The notes under the pieces are model-generated. The model saw nothing but the letters and a program-made list of their open reading frames with translations. It had not been told where the DNA came from and made no database searches. A stretch of 41,911 nucleotides of DNA from Parasitella parasitica NRRL 2501 (taxonomy: Eukaryota > Fungi > Mucoromycota): contig MU619348.1 in NCBI GenBank assembly GCA_025201805.1, positions 66,927 to 108,837 on the forward strand, written 5' to 3'. Shown here piece after piece: positions 22,558-31,242 of the stretch. Position numbers and translations under genes: made by a program. Position 1 is the stretch's first letter. Each line of letters starts with the position of its first letter.

Positions 22558-23071
22558 CTTTATTTATTTTATATATACGAAGCCAAAATCACCATGTCGT
22601 ATTTTGCTTTGCTTTCATGCTATTAAATAACTTATAAAGTAAAGAATAAATCGTCCTGAAACCTTAAAGAGAATTACGCAATAGTGAATACATGAAAACA
22701 CTACATATGATAATGGTGCTTGTGAATAGAGTAAAATCTGCATTTTGCATGATTTTTCACTTGTCAAAAACTTGCATATTTCAATGCAGTTTTTTTTTTG
22801 TTTAAAAAAAAAAAAAAAAAAAAAAGTAGTTAATCAGTCCTGAAGCAACATGCTTGTTGGGTAAATACAAATAGAAAAATAGTACTTGATTGATACAATT
22901 TATCATTTTTCACAAAGTGATCTCTCAACTCTGATCTAGTTACGTTCAACGAGGCCTTTCATTGCATTAACTAAGCGGGGATGTGACTCTCCGGGTGTAG
23001 CACCATCAGGCATCCCCCAGGTTTTCATTGCTATTTTTTTTTTTTCACTTGCATCAACTAATCAGACAAAT

Positions 23072-23889
23072 ATGGGAGCACAGACATCAAAGGTTGCCAG
23101 AAAGCTGCCTACTAAACCACGTCCCGAGACGCTGCAAAGCTTACCAAAAGAATCTCCATCTACCGTAGGCCCAACGATCAGTGCTGCATCGGGTAATAAT
23201 CCCATAAAAGGGAAGTAAGCAATAGCGTCTAATTTCTCTTGTCACCAAGTAGAATTCAAGACTGAATTTATCGAGGAAGAAAGCCGTGATCCGCAATTGC
23301 ATGAAAATCTCAAGACCCTGGGTCCAGTTACGATTCCTCCAACAATCACAAAAATGAGGCCTGTAAGATTTTATTATCGAGAGATTATCAGTTTGATTTT
23401 TTCTTTTTTTTCTTATTCAACATATAGACAGATACAATGTTAAAAATTATGGAGCAAAGAAAGCAAGCAGAAGAAAAGGAACTGGGATGGCACGCCGTAT
23501 CAGAGGATAACATGTCCGTCGATTCTCTGTTCACTTTGATGGAACAACGCAAAAGACTGCAGCCTCACGAGATTGATCAACCAGAGGTTAGGCAGGCTCT
23601 CTTACAGAAATATAAAATCGATGAACCTACACTTGCAACCTTACTGAAATACTACAACACAATGGCTATCATGCCTCCAGTGATTGATGATAAAGAAGAA
23701 CGACGCATGGGTGTTTGGGTTGCAGATAAAGTCGACTGGGAAAGTCAGGTTAGACAGGTGGATCAACGAAATACAGAGATAAAAAAAGCTAGACAAGAGG
23801 CTCTGAAAGATAACAATAGAGCAAAGAAGCAAGATAAGGACAGTAACCAGGATCAAGCATTGAAAGATTTATTTGATGAGAGCTACTAA
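23072..23889 (+). CDS. NDUFAF4/UPF0240-like protein (putative complex I assembly factor), 3 exons
   Basis: N-myristoylation-type start MGAQTSK. The segment MSVDSLFTLMEQRK...LLQKYKIDEPTLATLLKYY resembles the NDUFAF4 core. Introns 23193-23252 and 23363-23427 join in frame. Family call is from motif memory only. Confidence 0.6.
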
Positions 23890-24984
23890 AATAGTTGAGC
23901 TTTATTGTTGTACCTACCATTTAGAGACAATGAAACAAGAAATAAATTATTTCAATAGGATGTTTACGTAGTTGGACAAATGGTCAAAGATATGTTGGCA
24001 ACAGACGCTCTCACCCTCAAGCTCTTATTACATGCCTACTGATTTGCGAACTGATACCTTTTTTTTTTTAATTTATAAAAAAAAAAAAATTCACATTTGT
24101 CTTATTAAGCGTTTGTTTCCATCCCCCACCCCCCCCCAATTGTTCTAAAAGGTTTTCAATAAAAATGCTCCGAAACACTTATTCAGAATGTGCTTGTATA
24201 TCTGAATATCATAGAAATTGTGCTGATCAAAAGATATCGGAGTATGTTAAAGGCCCTGCCGAAGTTACTGTTAAAAGGATCATGAAGAGCTTTGAAATGA
24301 TTCTTTTAGCAAAAATTATGACCAAAAATTTGACATTTATGATAAATTATGAAAAATAAAACTGTTTTTGCTGATAACTTTTTGATAGTACACATTGCCT
24401 AATGGAAATCAAGTTATGCTCAGATAACAATGATCATGCCTGATTTGAGGGTGTGCAAGATAGGCTTTACTTTGCTATTTATCGCAAGCCTATCAGCTAT
24501 TATACGCAATTTTGATATGAAAATTTGTGTTATTATCTGGTAGGGTTCTAAACATCTATGAAAGCATCGACGCAAATGTTGTTGTCAGATAGCGGTGAGT
24601 CAACGCTATGTTTACCAAGTTAGATCGCGGTTCTACGGTGATTGAGGGCCAGATCCAGAGATACTAGAGACTTTCTAAACCACTGCAAATATCCTTGTAG
24701 AATCCAAGACGATACCATTAGCATAACATGGCCTATTGGTCCCTCCGTTACTCACTTAAAATTTGCATCTTTCTACTATACCATCTCACATACGTATCCT
24801 GCTACTAAAAAACATATTCAGCGGGCTATGTATTATACATGGTCCGTTCAGTATAAGCAAAGTACGCAGCGAATCAATAACTACACGCATTATACCGTAT
24901 AATTGATGAAAAATCGTTTTAGCTTAGAATTCTGTGAATTTGTTGAATTAAATAGTGTCTATTTTAAAGCTTTCATAGCAATTT

Positions 24985-27029
24985 CTAAAATCGAGTGAAA
25001 ATGCCTTTTGTCAGCCGTAATTTGAGAATAACCAGAATTATGCCACCTATGAGATAGGTAACACCAGTAAACATCTTGTATACTCGATAAGGCTCAGCAT
25101 GAGCTCCAGATTCAATAGCGCTTGCGATACTGATACCAAAGATAGCAATGATATTAAATAACAACAACATCGACACAGCTGTGGGGTATTGAGCAGGTGT
25201 GACAATTGCAGCAGTGATAGGTGTCACTATCCCAACGTGTTGGTAAATGATTTGTAATAAAAAAAATAAAATGAAACTTACTCATAGCAAAATACGAGCC
25301 ACAAAAGAGGCCAAACAAGGTACAAAACGCAATTAACACACCATAGCTATTTGCGAAATTCCAAACAAGCAAAGAGCTTAAAGAAGAGCCAAATGTAAAG
25401 ATGATATCCGCGTTTAATCTGCCTATACGATCACCAATAAAACTACGTAAGAAACACGTTAGCATTCCTCCCCACTGCAAAAGGTACATAAGCATACCCC
25501 ACCAAGATACGGCCAACAAAGTTAGCCGCAGACATAATAGCAATCAAGGTCGACCCCTGTGTAGCTGAAAACCCTAGATAAGTGGCATTTGCAGGGACGA
25601 AAAAGTAGGGTATAAAAAAGCCCATTAAACCAATGACAGAACCGCAGCACCAAAGCAAGTAGTTGGTATCTTTCAGCACGCTCATTTCAAAAATATCTCT
25701 CAATGAACGTTTGCCCTTATTCCTTTTAGACGTCTTCTTTTCCTTGATAAAGATACAAGCAATGATATCACAGAATAAACAAATGAATCCCAAGATGCGA
25801 AATGTCCATGCGATGCCGAGGTTATTATTGATGGCCGTAATTATAAAGGGTAAAACAAGCCCGCCGATTCCAGAGCCACCAGAGGCAAGACCTAATGCAA
25901 GGCCTCTTCGTTTGTCGAACCACAAAGGCGCAGTGCTCATAGCAGTCTATGCAAAACAGTGTGAGCTATATGGTTGCTTTAAATGCATGTTAAACACGCT
26001 ACCACATAAAGAAAAGAAGCACCAGAGCCAAAGAGGACTCCCTGTGTCAAATACAGCTGCCATATTTCTGTGCTCAAACTAGCCAATTCGAGCCCCAATG
26101 TTGCTAATAGAGTGCCAATGATCAAAACTGCCTTTATACCGAAGCGAGAGGCAATGATCTGAGATAAAGGACCCATCAAATTAACACAGACTTCCAAGAT
26201 TGTGCCCACAAAGCTCAATTGAAATTGTGAATTGGCAACGCGATCTCGAAACATGTTCACATCCAAGTAATCCTGCAAAATACCTAACATTTCATAGAAA
26301 TGCGTTTATAAAAAAAGAAATAATACGCAATTGCAAACATGAGATATCACCTTCTTTTTTTTTTTGTTTGAAAAGAAAATACATACCCCTTTTCAATGTG
26401 AAAAAAAAAAAGAGTTTGAAGAAATATAACGTTAGCAAACTCGTATCTAAAAAAAAAGCATTGTTTTGCGAGAAGGGAATACAAGGAGACTTTTAAGAGG
26501 TTGTATTCTCTTCTCTTATGCCTATCGACTGCCAACGGAACCGACCAAACGCTATGAAAACGAACAAAAAAAGTCTCATACAATATCGATAGTGTGAGTG
26601 CGTCAACTTACCAGCATGAAGCAGTGCCAAAGCTAGTAACTTGGACCATGAATGTCCCGATAATCACGAGCCAACCATAACCACCATCCAAGTCGCTGTC
26701 AACTGTAGATGTTTGTTTGTTGACTCCATTTTCGGGATCATTGCATTTGAGTTCTGATATATAGACAAAGATAAAAAAATATAATGAAAGGTTAGATGTC
26801 TTGGTACTATATGCGTGCGGAAGTACTTTCAAATGAGGGTATCGAGGGTATACTTACGGTATTCATGGTCAGTTTTGGCATCTTCGTTGCTGGCATACAC
26901 TACTTCATCTGGCAAGATTGTAGGCACAGAAGAGTTTTGTTTCTCATTGACTGAGGAAAAAATCGTAGCATGCTCATCTTGCATCTCATCAAGTGAAATG
27001 GCAGGCTTGATACCGTGGATTGAAGACAT
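24985..27029 (-). CDS. MFS transporter, monocarboxylate (MCT/Mch/SLC16-like) family, multi-exon including a 2-nt microexon
   Basis: DGGYGWLVIIGTF (MCT motif), WFDKRRGLALGLASGGSGIGG, GRILVG|FIGDRIGRLN and multiple TM helices. ATG at 27029. Confidence 0.92.
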
Positions 27030-27346
27030 TTTATAACGAGAAGAGAAAAGAAAGGAACAAGGGTGCGAAAAAAAAAAAAGAAGGTATTTTATAGATCTGT
27101 GAAACATACGCTAGCGAGAGTTTTCCAAATGGAAATTTGCACTCGATGTTACTGATATATGGCACACAGGATATACTAATCATGTTTTACTTGATAAAAA
27201 AAAACCAGCATACGTACGTGAGCTCAATTAAGAGAATATGTACAGAGTCGATGTATGATTCAGTGGGCTTCCTGATTTGGTAAAAATGACTACATTATTC
27301 GTCAGTTTTAACATCTTACACTATTACTCCACCTCATTTCTGGACT

Positions 27347-28022
27347 CACCTTTCCATCAAATTACAGTGGTGTAAAAAGCAATACCCTAAAGGCTAACAT
27401 ATCCTTCTTTTGTTTTGATTTCCTTTCTCTTTTCCTCATCCACACATCAAATCAGCATGGTGTTTACAACCTATAAAACAAAAACACACATCGCCGGCAT
27501 AAAAAGCCAATATAAATACTGAAAGTGGCTTCAAGGATATCTCAACCAAGATTGACTACTTCAGCTTTGCCAAGCTGATTCCCAAGTCTAAAGTAGCCAC
27601 AAACTTTCTGTACCAAAATTTGCTCACAAAGCTGTCAAAAAAACCAAAACTTCAAAGTGATGACCATTGCTCAAAAAGCCAATTCCATTTCAAAATAAAC
27701 ATTGGCTGTTAATTTAGTCTTTTTGACAGCTTTGTGAGCAAATCCTGATACAGAAGGTTTGTGGTTACTTTGGACTTCAAAACCAGCTTAGCAAAGCTGA
27801 AGTAGCCAAGGTCTGGTTTGTATCGGTTGAGATGTCCTTGAAGCCACTTTCAGTATTTATATTGACTTTTTATGCCGGCGATGCGTGATTTTGTTTATAG
27901 GTAGTAAACACCACGCTGATTTGATGTGTGGATGAGGAAAAGAGAAAGAAAATCAAAATAAAAGAAGGATATGTTAGCTTTTAGGGTGTTGCTTCATACG
28001 CTGTAACTTGATGGGAAGGGTG
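27347..28022. repeat. Long inverted repeat / foldback element (two ~300-bp arms, ~64-bp loop)
   Basis: 27347-27648 aligns with the reverse complement of 27713-28022 over its whole length, e.g. cttttcctcatccacacatcaaatcagc / gctgatttgatgtgtggatgaggaaaag and atttgctcacaaagctgtcaaaaa / tttttgacagctttgtgagcaaat. Confidence 0.95.
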
Positions 28023-28977
28023 CAGCCATGTATTGTAGCAGTTTTTAAGATATAGTACATATTGCATAATCCCGCTTTGAACGATTTATGTAACAATAAT
28101 TTATAGCAAACGTCCTATAGTTTGGGAAGCTTTGTGAACACCGTGGCTCCATGATTAGAAATACAATTACTTCATTTGTTGTTCCTACTACACCTGGACT
28201 AGTGACAAAATACGCTCAACAAGTTCCTCATCTCCTTGCTTGGAAAGATGATGTAATTAACCAGATAATGAATTTGTAATTCCTTATCGCACATCCTCCA
28301 CAGACGGGTTTTCTCTTGAAATCTATATCTCATATCACCCCACCCTATCATTATATGCACATATTTTAAATAAATTATCATGCGCTGTTTATTTTGTTGC
28401 AAGCTTGAGACGTACTGACCCACTCTCGTAAAATACGATTCAGGTTGAACTCAGATTTCAACATCATCAATCAAAGCTCACTTGGTAACCTTAATAAATG
28501 CAGAGATCCAGCTATGAAAGACTTGATAGAGATTAAAGATTGCTTCAAATTGTTCCTGTGTTGATCTGCGCAATTTTATAGCAACACCCGTGAATTATTC
28601 GTATTCAAGAAAAAAAAGAAAGAGAGAAAGACCTGGGTTTCGCCAATATTCAGCATTGCCAATACCAAGGATAATCATACAAATCTTCTCTCAAATACTT
28701 TCAATGTATCGACTAATTTCATTTCGTTTTAAACCAAAATCAACTTCACTGCTAAAGCAATAAGCTGTATTGATGGTTATTGTAAGATCGAGTATAATAT
28801 ATTGTGCGTACTCAATATCTTTCGAGCTATCTAGATTAATACAATGATGTTTGGATTGAATCGATTTGAAATGGCACTGATACATCTCCTCATAGATAAG
28901 CAAAACCAACAAAAAAAAAAGCATGGAAAGATTGATCCAAACCGATAATAATTACATGTTTATTCGAGCGGCAAAAT

Positions 28978-30563
28978 TTACTTTATATAGGCTTTCAATC
29001 CCTTAAGACGGTCCGCAGCTTCTTCTAGAACTTGGTCCGTCTTGCAGAAAGCAAAACGCGCAAAGTGAGCAGCTAAAGGCCAATGTTCTCTCTCATAGAA
29101 TTCAGATGGAGGGATCGCACAGACACCAATTTGCTTTGTTAACCAGTAACACATTTTGAAATCGGCACCACGGTCATCCAAGATTTCAGGAAACTCAAAG
29201 TCCTTGGGAATTTGAATCTTGCTAGTGTTGACCAAAATATAGTAAGCACCTTCAGGTATAGTGTAAGGTAAATTCAATTCATCAAATATTTTTCTCAGAA
29301 TGGACCTCTTGTGCAAATAATGGTCAATCTGATTCTGAAAAATAGGCTCAATCAAAGCACTCTCAAGGCCAGCAGCTACAGCTTCTTGACAAGGAGAATT
29401 GACACAGAAAACAACTCGGGTCTGGGCAGCAAATGCGTGCTTAATCAAATGCTCAGGGCCAATTAGCCATCCGACACGCCATCCTGTAGCGGCAAAGGAT
29501 TTGCCGCCAGAACCAACAGTGATAGTGCGCTCCCAAAGATCATCAATATTGGCAATTCTGGGGAATTTGTTAAGAGGAGGATAATAAAGACGATCATAGA
29601 CTTCGTCTGACAAAATGACTAGATTGTGTTCCGCGGCAACTCGACCGATGGCACGCAGCTCGTCTTCGTCAAATACCTTGCCAATAGGATTATGAGGTGT
29701 ATTGAGAACAATCATCTTTGTCTTGGATGTAATTTTGGACTTGAGTTCGTTAATATCCAATGTCCATTCATGAGAGGAAATAACACGGTCAGCAGCATCG
29801 GCAGGGGGCCTAAGAGGAACATAGACAGGCTTTCCACCATTCATGGTGATATTGGGCTATAAATCACACTTATGTGAGATTGTATCCATTATTTCCAAAG
29901 TTCAACACTCACAATATACTGATCAAAGAAAGGCTCCATACAGATAACTTCGTCTCCAGCATCCAAAAATCCTGCAAATGTCGCATACATACCTGGTTTT
30001 TGGAAGCCTCGTATCAATATTCCGCGCTGTACAAGATGTCTCGAGTCATACTGTACCTTCATTAGCTCCTGCTGTTACTAAAATCTCAGTTTCAGGGTCT
30101 AATGTGCGATTGAATTGGCCACTGTACGAAGCAGCCAAAGCATTTCTCAATCTAGGACGACCACGGGGATGGCTTTACAATATAAAGGTCAGTCATTAGA
30201 GGGGGGGGATTATCTTGTCCCAATCTACATGTACCTGTATTGGTTGGCTTCAATGACGTCGAGAGCTTCTTTGGCAGCATTTTGAACAATGGCAGGAGGA
30301 CCAAAGCTATGTGAGCAGAGATTAGTCTCATTTGCCTGATAAACAACGCGTTCGTATACAAATAACTTACTTCATATATCCTTGGCCCAAGTTAATAGCC
30401 TTTGTTTCCAATGCAAGGGGAGTAAAGATGGACCAAACTGATGACATTGATTTAGTTGTCATGATACACAAACATACATACACATTCGCAGAACCTTACC
30501 ATCTCTACCAAAATGAGATACACGTTCGGCAGGCTTAATTTGCTGAGGACTACTAGTTGACAT
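28978..30563 (-). CDS. BNA3: PLP-dependent kynurenine aminotransferase / glutamine transaminase K (Bna3-like), multi-exon
   Basis: DVWSIFTPLA..AINLGQG, NQYSHPRGRPRLR, ILVTAGANEG, EPFFDQY, LNTPHNPIGKVF, SDEVY, PLP-lysine motif TVGSGGKSFAATGWRVGW, and RFAFCK. Confidence 0.93.
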
Positions 30564-31242
30564 TCTGTATAACTGTTGTCGTTGAGGATGAGAAGAAAAG
30601 ACGAAATTCCTTCTAGTCACAGCAGGTAATCTTCTAATAGTTGATTTTATAAGATCCGAAAAAAGTGCGCGGGACAAAGGGGAAAGGGTAGGAAGAACTT
30701 GGCCATTTAAAGCAAGATGGTCCAATTAAACCAAGCATCTACTATTGCGTAACCCCAAGATATAATGTGTTTTTGCATGTAAATAAAGCTTTGCTTGGCG
30801 ATGGCTTGAATGTTTTACAACAGATTTAGCAAGCACTGTCGAAGCTTCCTTTTTCTCAACGTAATGCATAACATTCTCCCCTTGCAGTATTAAAATTTCG
30901 AGGTGTTTTCTGTCAACATCAAGAAGCATGGTACCTGAAAAATGCATTTATGGTACATACTGAATCTCAAATTCGATAAAAAATGCCTAAACTTTGACAG
31001 GAAATTGCTTCTCGGTTAATGCCTTCTATTAGTTGCTGCATATACCACCAGAATTCATGGCTTCAAAACTGTCGATGATTACGCCCATGGTTTTTGGCGC
31101 TTTGTAGACACTTTAATTTATATCAAGGGAAAACAAATTGTCGCAAAATCGTAGGCATCAAAATTTAAATTTTATTAGTATAATTTCAGTTGTCTCCTGT
31201 CTTTGCTTTTTCTGCCCCAGACCTGGACTGATAATAAATGCG

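Noticed and set aside
24740-24752. tccctccgtt, resembling a Stowaway MITE terminus
   Set aside because: No matching inverted partner or TA TSD found nearby.
26389-26611. Possible intronic TPP riboswitch in the MFS gene
   Set aside because: The conserved CUGAGA and CUUGAU..GxUAAU..C.GCG aptamer core is absent.
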